Assembly (NCBI GenBank): GCA_965225945.1
Contig: CBDDBZ010000035.1
Location: 256,001 to 320,000, forward strand
Length of the DNA: 64,000 nt
Direction of reading: 5' to 3'
From: Alphaproteobacteria bacterium
GTDB lineage: Bacteria > Pseudomonadota > Alphaproteobacteria > GCA-2731375
Position 1 is the stretch's first letter; the number at the start of each line of letters is the position of its first letter. The position numbers were made by a program, and so were the translations under genes. Below, piece after piece: positions 1 through 9,136 of this stretch. Below the pieces are notes generated by a model. The model was given only the letters and a program-made list of their open reading frames with translations. It searched no databases and had not been told where the DNA came from.

Positions 1-82
1 CGATTCCGTCCACACCTGGTTCGAGCGCTGCCTCGACCTCCACGGCGGCATCGGGCGCGCCGAGCCGGCGAAGACGGCCTAG
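1..82 (+). CDS. 3' end of a gene running off the window, probably glutathione S-transferase (beta-etherase-like)
   Basis: Frame 2 reads DSVHTWFERCLDLHGGIGRAEPAKTA*; WFERCLDL-x-GG-x-GR resembles GST C-termini. Confidence 0.45.
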   Translation, partial: DSVHTWFERCLDLHGGIGRAEPAKTA

Positions 83-157
83 GCGCGAGCGAGCGACAGG
101 GCGCTATCATCGCCACCGCGTGATGGCGTATCAATGACCGGTCCCAGGGAGGTGGCG

Positions 158-1390
158 ATGACGACGACGCTATATTCGGGTGGCCGGCTGTTCGACGGCG
201 AGAACGCGCCCCTCGACGGTCAGGCGGTCTTGGTCGAGGACACAGCGATCCGCCGCGTCGCGCCGAGGCCTGAGTTCGACGGCTTCGCCGGCGAGGTGGT
301 GGACACTTCGGGCGCCACCTTGATGCCCGGCCTGATCGACTGCCACGTGCATCTCTGCCTCGGCGCCGAGGGCGATCCGGGCACCGCCGCCGACAAGCTG
401 CTGCCGGGCCAGACGACGATGAAGGCGCTCGAGCGGGCGCAGGCGACGCTCGCCGGCGGCATCACCGCGATCCGCGATTGCGGCGGCAAGGATTTTTTGG
501 AGTTCGCGGTCCGCGACGCCTGCAACGACGGCCGCCAGCTCGGCCCGACCATTCGCGCCGCCGGCCGGATGATCTGCATGACCGGCGGCCACGGCAACCG
601 AATGGGGCGGGTCGCCGACGGCCTCGACGAGGTGATCCGCGCCGTCCGCGAGCAGATCCAGGCCGGCAGCGATCTGATCAAGATCATGGCCACCGGGGGC
701 GTGATGACGCCCGGCGTCGACCCCGAAGATGCGCACTACACGGCGGAGGAAATGGCGGCCGGCGTCGCCGAGGGCCGCCGCTTCCACCGCCGGAGCGCCA
801 GCCACGCCCAGGGCTCCGAGGGGATCTTGAACGCCGTTCGCGCCGGCATCACCTCGATCGAGCACGGCATCTTCATGACCGACGAGTGCGTCGCCGAGAT
901 GCTGGACCAGGGCACATATCTCGTGCCGACGCTCGCCGCCGTCCACAATATCGTGCGCATGAAGGGGAGCGTGCCGGATTACGTGATCGAGAAGGCGGAG
1001 CGGGTGAGCGAGCGCCATCGCCAATCGATCGCCACCTTCTATGAGGCGGGCGGGCGGATCGCCATGGGCACCGACGCCGGCACGCCCTTCAACCAGCACG
1101 GCGAGAACGCGCAGGAACTGGCGCTGATGGTCGGAATCGCCATCCAGCCGCTGGACGCGCTCCGCTTCTCCACCAGCGCCGCCGCCGATCTGGTCGGCCT
1201 GGAGCAGGAAGGGCGGATCGCCGAGGGCCATTTCGCCGATCTTCTGGTGGTCGAGGGCGATCCGCTGGCCGACATCGCCATGGTGGCGGAATCGGTGAAC
1301 CATCGCCTGGTGGTCAAGCGCGGCCTCGCCGTCACCCGAAGCGCGAGCGGCCGGCTCGCCCCGCTCGCCAACCGCATGGCGGCGTTTTGA
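158..1390 (+). CDS. Metal-dependent amidohydrolase (prolidase-like group)
   Basis: PGLIDCHVH, IKIMATGG, SIEHG and MGTDAG motifs; GGAGG before ATG158. Confidence 0.9.
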   Translation: MTTTLYSGGRLFDGENAPLDGQAVLVEDTAIRRVAPRPEFDGFAGEVVDTSGATLMPGLIDCHVHLCLGAEGDPGTAADKLLPGQTTMKALERAQATLAGGITAIRDCGGKDFLEFAVRDACNDGRQLGPTIRAAGRMICMTGGHGNRMGRVADGLDEVIRAVREQIQAGSDLIKIMATGGVMTPGVDPEDAHYTAEEMAAGVAEGRRFHRRSASHAQGSEGILNAVRAGITSIEHGIFMTDECVAEMLDQGTYLVPTLAAVHNIVRMKGSVPDYVIEKAERVSERHRQSIATFYEAGGRIAMGTDAGTPFNQHGENAQELALMVGIAIQPLDALRFSTSAAADLVGLEQEGRIAEGHFADLLVVEGDPLADIAMVAESVNHRLVVKRGLAVTRSASGRLAPLANRMAAF

Positions 1391-1405
1391 AGGCGCGCTC
1401 GGAGT

Positions 1406-2278
1406 TCACTCTGTAGCGTTGCCGAAGACCCGGACGACGCCGCTGTCGTTGATCTCGCCGAGGCCACCTTCGACCATGCGGCGATAAAGGCCGACGGCGG
1501 TCGCGCCCAGCGGCGCCTCGATGGCGAGGCGATCGGCCAGGTCGACGCCATAGGCCGCGTCCTTCAGCCGCAGCCGCCCGGCGAACAGCACCGGGTCCTC
1601 GTGATCGTCGGCGAGCACGCGGCCGGCGGCGCGAACCACCTGGGGACTCGCCGCCTGGCCCTTACGAATCGCCTCCGCGACCAGGCTTAAATCGAGGCCG
1701 GCGCGCGCGGCCATCGCCATCCCCTCGGCGAGGCCGGCGATCTGCACCGCGCCCATCAGGTTGACGATCAGCTTGAAGGCGGTGCCGGCGCCAGTGGGGC
1801 CGAAATGGATGATCTCGCGCGAGACCGCGTCCAAAAGCGGCTTCGCCGCCGCCAGGGTTTCCGGCGCGGCGCCGACCAGGAGCGTCAGCTCGCCCGCCGC
1901 CGCGGCCGCCGGCAGGCCGGTCACCGGACAATCGACATAGCCGAGGCCGCGCGCGGCGGCGGCGCTCGCCAACTCGGCGACCCAACCGGCCGAAAGGGTC
2001 GAGCATTCGATGGCCAGCGCGCCGGCCGCCATGGCGGCGAGCGCGCCGTCGGCCCCGAGCCAGACCGCGCGGGAGGCCGCGTCGTCGGCCAGCATGGCGA
2101 AGACCGCCTCGGCGCCGGCCGCGGCTTCGCCAGGGCTCGCCACGAGGCTCGCGCCCGCCAGCGCCTCGGCCCGCGAGGCGGTGCGGTTCCAGACCCGGAC
2201 CTCGGCGCCCGCGCCGACCAGCCGGGCCGCCATGGGGCCACCCATGTTGCCGAGCCCGAGAAATCCCACCACCGCCAT
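1406..2278 (-). CDS. NAD(P)-dependent oxidoreductase, 3-hydroxyisobutyrate dehydrogenase family
   Basis: GFLGLGNMG, DCPVTG and FKLIVN motifs; GGAGG before ATG2278. Confidence 0.9.
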   Translation of the reverse strand: MAVVGFLGLGNMGGPMAARLVGAGAEVRVWNRTASRAEALAGASLVASPGEAAAGAEAVFAMLADDAASRAVWLGADGALAAMAAGALAIECSTLSAGWVAELASAAAARGLGYVDCPVTGLPAAAAAGELTLLVGAAPETLAAAKPLLDAVSREIIHFGPTGAGTAFKLIVNLMGAVQIAGLAEGMAMAARAGLDLSLVAEAIRKGQAASPQVVRAAGRVLADDHEDPVLFAGRLRLKDAAYGVDLADRLAIEAPLGATAVGLYRRMVEGGLGEINDSGVVRVFGNATE

Positions 2279-2390
2279 CGCCACCTCCCGCGTCGCCTCG
2301 CACGCGTTTATAACATCGACACTCCGAAATTCGTTTGGCCCGGGCCGCCGGCGCGCTCTACTCTCGCCGCGCCGAACCCGGAGTCGATCC

Positions 2391-3686
2391 ATGGCCGATC
2401 CCCGCTATCTGAAGCCGGAAACGCTGAGCCTGCACGCGGGCCAGAAGCCGGACCCGCTTTACGGCGCCCGGGCGGTGCCGATCTACCAGACCACCTCCTA
2501 CGTCTTTCCCGATACCGACCACGCCGCCGCGCTCTTCAACCTGGAGCGCGCGGGCCACATCTACAGCCGCATCTCCAACCCCACCGTGGCGGTGCTGGAG
2601 GAGCGGATCGCGGCGCTCGAAGGCGGCGTCGGCGCGGTCTGCACGGCGAGCGGCCAGGCGGCGCTGCATCTGGCGATCGTGACGCTGATCGGCCAGGGCG
2701 GCCACATCGTGTCCTCCGGCTCGATCTACGGCGGCAGCCACAACCTCTTCACCCACACGCTGCCGCGCTTCGGTATCACCACGAGTTTCGTCGATCCCCG
2801 CGACGCGAGTGCCTTCGCCCGGGCGATCCGGCCGGAAACGGGGCTCGTCTTCGTCGAGACGCTCGGCAATCCGGGCCTCGAGGTGGTGAACCTGCCGGAG
2901 CTGGCGGCCGTGGCGCACGCAGAGGGCGTGCCGGTGCTGGTCGACAATACCTTCGCGACGCCGGTGCTGTTCCGGCCCTTCGAGCACGGCGCCGACCTGG
3001 TGCTGCATTCCGCCACCAAATTCCTGGGCGGCCACGGCATCGCCATCGGCGGCGTCATCGTCGACGGCGGCAGCTTCGACTGGGAGGCCTCGGGCCGCTT
3101 CCCGACCTTGAGCGAGCCCTATGCCGGCTATCACGGCCTCGACTTCGCCGAGGAGTTCGGCCCCCAGGCCTTCATCATGCGGGCCAGGGCCGAGGGCTTG
3201 CGCGACTTCGGCGCCTCGATGAGCCCGGCCAACGCCTTCTACATCCTGCAGGGAGTCGAGACCCTGCCGCTCAGGATGGCTCGCCACGTCGCCAACGCAC
3301 GGCTGATCGTGCGCTTCCTCGACGACCACGAGGCGGTCGCCTGGGTCATTTGGCCGGAGCTTCCCGACCATCCCGACCACGACCTGGCGGCGAGGATGCT
3401 GCCCGACGGGCCGGGCGCGATCTTCAGCTTCGGAATCAGGGGCGGGCGCGAGGCGGGGGCCAAGTTCATCGAGGCGCTGACGCTCATCAGCCATCTCGCC
3501 AACGTGGGCGACGCCAAGAGCCTGGTGATCCACCCGGCCTCGACGACGCATCAGCAGATGGACGCAGACGCGCTCGAGGCCGCCGGCGTCGGCGAGGATC
3601 TGGTTCGCCTCTCGATCGGGCTGGAGGATCCGCGCGACCTCACCGACGACCTGGACCGCGCGCTCCGCGCCTCGCAGAAGGGCTGA
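2391..3686 (+). CDS. metY: O-acetylhomoserine aminocarboxypropyltransferase / sulfhydrylase
   Basis: PIYQTTSY, YSRISNPT, HSATKFLGGHG (PLP Lys), HLANVGDAKSL, RLSIGLED. Confidence 0.85.
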   Translation: MADPRYLKPETLSLHAGQKPDPLYGARAVPIYQTTSYVFPDTDHAAALFNLERAGHIYSRISNPTVAVLEERIAALEGGVGAVCTASGQAALHLAIVTLIGQGGHIVSSGSIYGGSHNLFTHTLPRFGITTSFVDPRDASAFARAIRPETGLVFVETLGNPGLEVVNLPELAAVAHAEGVPVLVDNTFATPVLFRPFEHGADLVLHSATKFLGGHGIAIGGVIVDGGSFDWEASGRFPTLSEPYAGYHGLDFAEEFGPQAFIMRARAEGLRDFGASMSPANAFYILQGVETLPLRMARHVANARLIVRFLDDHEAVAWVIWPELPDHPDHDLAARMLPDGPGAIFSFGIRGGREAGAKFIEALTLISHLANVGDAKSLVIHPASTTHQQMDADALEAAGVGEDLVRLSIGLEDPRDLTDDLDRALRASQKG

Positions 3687-3690
3687 AGCC

Positions 3691-4479
3691 ATGCGATTCC
3701 AGGTCGACGGCCACGAGGTCTTCGCCGCCACCGGCGGCCAACCGTTCGATTCCGCGAGGCCGGCAATCGTCTTCATCCACGGCGCGGCGCTCGACCGCAC
3801 GGTCTGGAAGCTGCAGACCCGCTACTTCGCCTGGCGCGGCCGGAGCGTGCTGGCGCTCGACCTGCCGGGGCATGGCCGCTCGGGCGGCGCGCCGCTCGAG
3901 ACCATTCCCGCCATGGCCGACTGGATCACCCGCCTGCTGGACGCGGCGGGGCTGGAGCGCGCCGCGCTGGTCGGCCATTCGATGGGTGCGCTGGTGGCGC
4001 TCGACGCGGCCGGCCGCCACGGTAATCGCGTCCGGGCGCTGGCGCTGCTCGGCCCCGGCTACCCGATGCGGGTGAGCGACGTCCTTCGAGACACCTCGAA
4101 GGCCAACGACCCGCTGGCCTTCGAGCTGATGAACGCTTGGGGTTACGGCGGCCCGGCGCAACTCGGCCGGCACCGGATGCCGGGCTTGTGGATGATGCGC
4201 GGCGGCTTGCGCCTCTGGCAACGGAGCGCGCCCGGCGTGCTGCATGGCGACCTGATGGCCTGTCACGACTACGACAGCGGCCATGACGCGGCCGACGCGG
4301 TTCGTTGCCCGACGCTGCTGGTGATGGGCCGCGAGGACATGATGGCGCCAGTGCGGCAGGGCCGCGCGATCGCCGAGCGGATCGCGGGCGCGCGCGAGGT
4401 CGTGCTGCCCGATTGCGGCCACATCATGATCGAGCAATACCCCGACGAGACCCTCGACGCGCTCAGGACGCTGCTGTAG
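3691..4479 (+). CDS. Alpha/beta hydrolase
   Basis: DLPGHGRS, GHSMG nucleophile elbow, C-terminal GH; 4 nt after metY stop. Confidence 0.9.
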   Translation: MRFQVDGHEVFAATGGQPFDSARPAIVFIHGAALDRTVWKLQTRYFAWRGRSVLALDLPGHGRSGGAPLETIPAMADWITRLLDAAGLERAALVGHSMGALVALDAAGRHGNRVRALALLGPGYPMRVSDVLRDTSKANDPLAFELMNAWGYGGPAQLGRHRMPGLWMMRGGLRLWQRSAPGVLHGDLMACHDYDSGHDAADAVRCPTLLVMGREDMMAPVRQGRAIAERIAGAREVVLPDCGHIMIEQYPDETLDALRTLL

Positions 4480-4788
4480 CGGGGGTCATCGGTCCGTCGG
4501 CGAAGGATAGCGATCGAACTCGATCACGTGGTCCGATCCGAGAGTAATCTCCAGAATTTCGTTGATCGGTTCCTTGTCCATCAACTAATCGATGGCGTAT
4601 TGGAAAAGCCGTCCTTGAGAATTTTGGCCCATGAGTTCCGATGCCACATTCAGACAGATCAACCCGGCATGCAACTCCTCTCGTCCGACGAGCGATGTGA
4701 AGTCGGTCGAATTGTTCGTTACTGAGTCGGACCCGATTTCCTTGGACACAGAATTGGCTTAATCGAAGTGTCCAAGGAGGACCGGAAC

Positions 4789-5199
4789 ATGACCGACAAT
4801 TTTGAGAACAAAGTTGCTGTTGATGGGCCTGTGGTAAACGAGGGCGAGCTTGGCTCGTCCACGTTTTCCCCGGGCCAGGTTTCGCCGGCAGGCCCGCTGG
4901 GACTTGGCCAGCGGTGGACGGTGACGCGCAAGCGTGAGGTTGCCCTGCGGCTTTTGCGTGGCGAGCCGGTGGAACTTTTGTCGCGGCAGTTGGGCGTGGA
5001 GATTTTCCGGCTCGAGCAGTGGCGTGAGAAGGCGATCGCCGGGATCGATGCCTCGCTCAAGGAACGCAAGGGCGATCCGGTAAAGGCGGAACTGGACATC
5101 GCCATGAAGCGGATCGGGGAGTTGATCATGCAGGTGGAACTGCTGGAGGCCAAGACGGAGACGTCCGGCCCTTTGGGGCGGCGGAGGTCGCGGCGATGA
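4789..5199 (+). CDS. IS OrfA (HTH DNA-binding protein)
   Basis: RWTVTRKREVALRLLRGE...LSRQLGV...LEQWRE; AAGGAGG before ATG4789. Confidence 0.85.
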   Translation: MTDNFENKVAVDGPVVNEGELGSSTFSPGQVSPAGPLGLGQRWTVTRKREVALRLLRGEPVELLSRQLGVEIFRLEQWREKAIAGIDASLKERKGDPVKAELDIAMKRIGELIMQVELLEAKTETSGPLGRRRSRR

Positions 5200-6107
5200 G
5201 TGCCGCCACCTCTCCCGGCACGGGTTTGGCCTACGGCCTCCAGCGGGTCTGTGCGGCCTGGGGTTTTGCCCGTTCCTCGTTCTACGCCATGAAATCCCGG
5301 CAGCAGGCCACCGCTGAGCGCCCACCAGCAAAGCGCCGGGGACCGAAGCCCTCGATCTCGGACGAGGCTCTGCTGGTGGCCATCGAGGCCGACCTGGAGG
5401 CATCCCCCTGGGAGGGCGAGGGACACCGCAAGGTCTGGGCTCGGCTTCGGGTCTGTCGTGGCATCCGTGTTTCCCGCAAGCGGGTGCTCCGGGTGATGCG
5501 CGAGAACAACCTGCTCTCGCCCCATCGCTGCCGCCGCCGTGGCGGAAATCCCCATGTCGGTGAGATCATCACCCATGCCCCCAACCTCATGTGGGGCACG
5601 GACGGCGTTCGGGTGTTCACGGTGGACGACGGCTGGGGCTGGATATTCACCGCCATCGAGCATTGGAACGCCGAGTGCGTCGGCTGGCATGTGTGCAAGC
5701 GAGGCGACCGCTTCGCCGCCCTTCAGCCGATCTCCATGGGGCTTGCGAGGCTGTATGCCTCGACCTCCGCCGGTGCGGCGCGGGGGCTGGCCTTGCGGAT
5801 GGATCACGGCTCCCAGTATCTGTCGGACCACTTCACCAACCAGATCAAGTTCTGGGGCATCCAGCCGTCCTACGCCTTCGTCGAACAGCCCCAGACCAAC
5901 GGCGTCGCCGAGAGGTTCAATCGCACGCTCAAGGAACAGATCATCCATGGCCGCATCTACCGCAACATCGCGGAGCTGCGGAACGCCGTCCGCGGGTTCG
6001 TCGAACAGTACAATGCCCAGTGGATCGTGGAGAAGAACGGCTACCTGAGCCCCGCTCAAGCTCGTCAGGCGTGGCACACCGCGATGTCACTCAGGCCCGC
6101 CGCATGA
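5196..6107 (+). CDS. IS OrfB, DDE (rve) transposase
   Basis: WGTDG, MDHGSQY, NGVAERFNRTLK; ATGA overlap with OrfA stop. Confidence 0.92.
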   Translation: MSAATSPGTGLAYGLQRVCAAWGFARSSFYAMKSRQQATAERPPAKRRGPKPSISDEALLVAIEADLEASPWEGEGHRKVWARLRVCRGIRVSRKRVLRVMRENNLLSPHRCRRRGGNPHVGEIITHAPNLMWGTDGVRVFTVDDGWGWIFTAIEHWNAECVGWHVCKRGDRFAALQPISMGLARLYASTSAGAARGLALRMDHGSQYLSDHFTNQIKFWGIQPSYAFVEQPQTNGVAERFNRTLKEQIIHGRIYRNIAELRNAVRGFVEQYNAQWIVEKNGYLSPAQARQAWHTAMSLRPAA

Positions 6108-6308
6108 GACAAACTTGTGTCCAAGGAACCGGGTGCGATACAGAATTGTTCGTTACGAACACATACCCATCGTCGACTGCTCGGCGCATGATGGTCCAAT
6201 CTTTCATCGATCCAAGGCCGAGCCAGTTGACGTGCATCGAAAGCGGGTATCCGCGAATTCGAGCGATATGAACGAGCGTCGGACTCAGGCACTCGTCGAC
6301 CAGAAACT

Positions 6309-6926
6309 TCAAGAGACCGGCGGTAGATCGTCAAAGTTGATTTTGATGGACTCTATGGGTTTCGTCTTTCGCCATGGAGGTTGCCGCCTCGGGCGGCCAC
6401 TGCGTGGATAGGCTCCGGCGTAGACCAACGCGGCTTCGATGTTCCGCGCCGACAATGCCGGATAAGCATGTAGGAGCACTTCTATATTGTCACCGTTGGC
6501 GAACATATTTGCAATGTCGTGAACGGGTATCCGGGTGCCTTTGAAGCAAGGCGCTCCAGACATCACCTCTTTGTCGATCGAAACCATTTCTCTTGCTTCC
6601 CGCAGCGTCGTCAGTCCACGTTGGACGCGGCGCCGCATCTCCCGCAGATCGACCGAGACGGCTTCTTCATGGACCGATTTTGCTTCCGGATCATCGAGGA
6701 GACGTCGGACCAGTCGACGACGCCCTTCAAGCGTCAGGATATCCGTGGTCTCATGCGCCAGCTTCAATCCGACGAGCGCCTCGATCGAAACGACACGTCC
6801 GCCATCCCGGGTCTTCACCGCATCACCCAGCAGACCGGCATCGATAATGCGATGCACCCGCTTCAGGGGGACATCGGTGACACAAGCCGCCGCGTTCGCG
6901 GACAGCGCCTGTTCTTGTCGTCGCAT
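6309..6926 (-). CDS. DUF433 antitoxin
   Basis: DKEVMSGAPCFKGTRIPV...YPALS...AALVYA; GAGGAAGG before ATG6926; directly upstream of the PIN toxin. Confidence 0.85.
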   Translation of the reverse strand: MRRQEQALSANAAACVTDVPLKRVHRIIDAGLLGDAVKTRDGGRVVSIEALVGLKLAHETTDILTLEGRRRLVRRLLDDPEAKSVHEEAVSVDLREMRRRVQRGLTTLREAREMVSIDKEVMSGAPCFKGTRIPVHDIANMFANGDNIEVLLHAYPALSARNIEAALVYAGAYPRSGRPRRQPPWRKTKPIESIKINFDDLPPVS

Positions 6927-7067
6927 CGACTTTAAACCTTCCTCTATCTTGGAAACAATATAAGAGGATTCTGATGACATTGCTAGCTCGTGGCGCCGAC
7001 CTTGCCGAACGACGACGGGCCCGCCCCCGGCGCGGGAGCGGGCCCTCGATCGCAACGCCGAGGCGCG

Positions 7068-7571
7068 TCAGCCCCGCGCGATCTCGATCCGTCGGACCTC
7101 GGGCTCGGCCTCGGCCGCCTTCGGCAGCACCAGCGTGATCACGCCATTCTCGAAGCGGGCGGAGATCGCCGCTTCCTCGACGCTCTCCGGCAGGCGGAAG
7201 GCCCGCTCGAAGCGGCCGACGGCGCGCTCGCGGACGTGGTAGCGCCGCTCGCCCTCGCCCTCGAGCGTCTCGCCCTCGGTCTCCTGGCACTTCTCGGCCC
7301 GGAGGCGAAGCACGCCGTCGCTCAGCGTCACCTCGACGTCGTCATCGGCGAAGCCCGCCGCCTCGGCCGTGATCACATAGGCCTCGGCCGTCTCCTCGAC
7401 GTCGACGCGGGGTCGGACCGCGACGGCACGGTTCTCGGCCACACGCCTCGGCGCCCAGACGGCGTCGAACAGTAAATCGAAATCACCCCAGGATTCGCCG
7501 AACAAGCTCGCCACGGCGCTCGGGTGGCGGCTCGGCCGCCAGGCTAGGAGTTTCTGGTTCATCGTCTTCAT
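7068..7571 (-). CDS. Hsp20/alpha-crystallin small heat-shock protein
   Basis: PRVDVEET, RERAVGRFERAFRLP, ARFENGVITLVLPK. Confidence 0.92.
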   Translation of the reverse strand: MKTMNQKLLAWRPSRHPSAVASLFGESWGDFDLLFDAVWAPRRVAENRAVAVRPRVDVEETAEAYVITAEAAGFADDDVEVTLSDGVLRLRAEKCQETEGETLEGEGERRYHVRERAVGRFERAFRLPESVEEAAISARFENGVITLVLPKAAEAEPEVRRIEIARG

Positions 7572-7659
7572 CCTCTCATCTGTTCGGTTTCCGGAGACAC
7601 GGGTCCCCGGCGCCGCGCCTCGAAAAGCGCGGGCAATCGTGTTCTCGCTTCGATGCGGG

Positions 7660-8103
7660 TCAGGCCGCTCGGGCGGTCGGCGCGTGATCGATCGGGATCC
7701 GCCGGGGCTTCAAATGCTCCGGCACCTCGTGCGCCAGATCGACGTGCAACAGGCCGTTCTCGAGCCGCGCGGCGGCGACCTCGACGTTGTCGGCGAGCTG
7801 GAAACGCCGCTCGAAGCCGCGCCGCGCGATGCCGCGGTGAAGGTAACGGGCGGCCTGGTCCTGGTCACTTCCCGCGCCCTTGATCACCAACACGCCGTCG
7901 GTGACGGTGAGGTCGAGATCGTCCTCGCCGAAGCCGGCGATCGCCATGGTGATGCGATAGCCGTTCTCGCCGGTCTTGACGATATCGTAGGGCGGATAGG
8001 TCGAGGCTGCGCCGTTCTGTCGGGCGAGGTCGTTGAACACGCGGTCCAGTCGGTCGAAGCCGATTCCGGAACGCAGGAGAGGGGTGAGATCATAGGTTCG
8101 CAT
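7660..8103 (-). CDS. ibpA: IbpA-type small heat-shock protein
   Basis: MRTYDLTPL...IGFDR, YPPYDIVK, YLHRGIARRGFERRFQLA, LENGLL. Confidence 0.9.
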   Translation of the reverse strand: MRTYDLTPLLRSGIGFDRLDRVFNDLARQNGAASTYPPYDIVKTGENGYRITMAIAGFGEDDLDLTVTDGVLVIKGAGSDQDQAARYLHRGIARRGFERRFQLADNVEVAAARLENGLLHVDLAHEVPEHLKPRRIPIDHAPTARAA

Positions 8104-8108
8104 GACGC

Positions 8109-8132
8109 GATATCCTCCTGTTGAGCAATATC
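8109..8132 (-). promoter_or_regulatory. ROSE-type RNA thermometer (SD-sequestering hairpin) of ibpA
   Basis: Minus strand GAUAUUGCUCAACAGGAGGAUAUC: UUGCU motif pairs with the AGGAGG SD; further hairpins upstream to about 8200. Confidence 0.75.
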
Positions 8133-8211
8133 ACCGTTTCAGATAGGCCCGCCGCAATCGGCCGGGCCCGCGAATGTCCGGACCCGATTCACGGCATCCA
8201 GAACACGTCAG

Positions 8212-8240
8212 ATATGGGATCGGGATGAAGACCGTTCAAG
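8212..8240 (-). promoter_or_regulatory. RpoH (sigma32) promoter
   Basis: Minus strand CTTGAA-N16-CCCATAT upstream of ibpA. Confidence 0.8.
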
Positions 8241-8259
8241 GGGAAGGCCGGCCGCCGTT

Positions 8260-8436
8260 AGAGCATGATCCGACCATATGGAAGCGTTTGATGGCGGCAA
8301 ATCGGCCTCTGGGGCAGGCGCGCCGCGCCGCGCGATGCGGGCCATCGGGCAAGCGGCGCAACGCACCCCAGAGGCCGATTTGCCCCACCGAAGGCCGGTC
8401 CCGGTCAAACGTTTCCATATGATCGGATCATGCTCT
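8260..8436. repeat. Long palindromic intergenic element with AGAGCA...TGCTCT ends
   Basis: AGAGCATGATCCGACCATATGGAAGCGTTTGA pairs with TCAAACGTTTCCATATGATCGGATCATGCTCT; inner GGCAAATCGGCCTCTGGGG / CCCCAGAGGCCGATTTGCC. Confidence 0.85.
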
Positions 8437-8508
8437 TAAGCGAGTATTTGTTAAGCTTTCCGCGCCACACTTGCGGGCTGGACCGGCGGCGCGGGGTCGA
8501 ATGCGAGA

Positions 8509-8940
8509 ATGAGCGAAGATGATGCGGTCATCGTCCACATGGCGCCGGCCTTTTTCCGCCGGACCTACGACGAGGCCTTTCGCCTGGTGCTGGAGACGCG
8601 ACACTATCTCTGTGAGCGCGGCAACAACGACGCGCGCGGCCTCGACGTGCCGGCGGCGCTCGCCTACAGCGTCGAGAGCATGCGGCTCACCGCACGACTG
8701 ACCCACATCATGGCCTGGTTGCTCGCCGTCCGCGCGCATCACGAAGGCGAACTCGACGCCGAGGCGCTGGCCGATCCCCGCTGGCGCCTCGCCGGACACG
8801 AGGTCTGCCTCGATGCGGCAGCCGGCGAGGGGGACGATATGCCGCGCCCGCTCGCCGAGCTCTTGCAGCGGAGCGAGACCCTCTATCGCCGGATCGATCG
8901 GCTCGACCGCATGATGGCGGGGGCGGCGGCGACCGGTTGA
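8509..8940 (+). CDS. DUF1465 family protein (RcdA-like regulator of CtrA degradation)
   Basis: FFRRTYDEA, ESMRLTARLTHIMAWLL, LYRRIDRLD. Confidence 0.8.
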   Translation: MSEDDAVIVHMAPAFFRRTYDEAFRLVLETRHYLCERGNNDARGLDVPAALAYSVESMRLTARLTHIMAWLLAVRAHHEGELDAEALADPRWRLAGHEVCLDAAAGEGDDMPRPLAELLQRSETLYRRIDRLDRMMAGAAATG

Positions 8941-9136
8941 CGACGGTGGGCCAAAGGCCCTTCGCGATCGCGCGGCCGCGAACCCCTGGTCGATGCGAGT
9001 CGCCGCTTCATGCGCAACCATCTCGACCTCGACGAAGCGGAGACGACCTCGCGCTTGCTCCGGGCCGAGAGTTGATCGCGCCTTGCCAAGGCCGGCGGCG
9101 GCGGCTACCTGATGGGGGAGCGGCGGAGGAAGCGGA

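Larger units (their letters stand above)
4723..6142 (+). mobile_element. IS3-like insertion sequence, copy 1 (1420 bp), 14-bp target duplication
   Basis: TG...CA ends with imperfect IRs (TGAGTCGGACCCGATTTCCTTGGACACA vs reverse complement TGTATCGCACCCGGTTCCTTGGACACA); GAATTGTTCGTTAC at 4709-4722 and 6143-6156; second copy at 15508. Confidence 0.95.
4486..6312 (-). pseudogene. DUF5615 PIN-like toxin, split by an IS and carrying an internal stop
   Basis: 5' part MKFLVDECLSP...GYVFVTNNS (6312-6143) continues past the IS as TDFTSLVGREELHAGLICL...YAID*(TAG 4585-4587)LMDKEPINEILEI...*; start overlaps the stop of the DUF433 gene. Confidence 0.8.

Noticed and set aside
1805-4075. Long alternative-frame and antisense ORFs (also 22436-24100, 29677-31791, 37855-39945 and others)
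   Set aside because: Arg/Gly/Pro-rich shadow ORFs typical of high-GC DNA, overlapping well-supported genes
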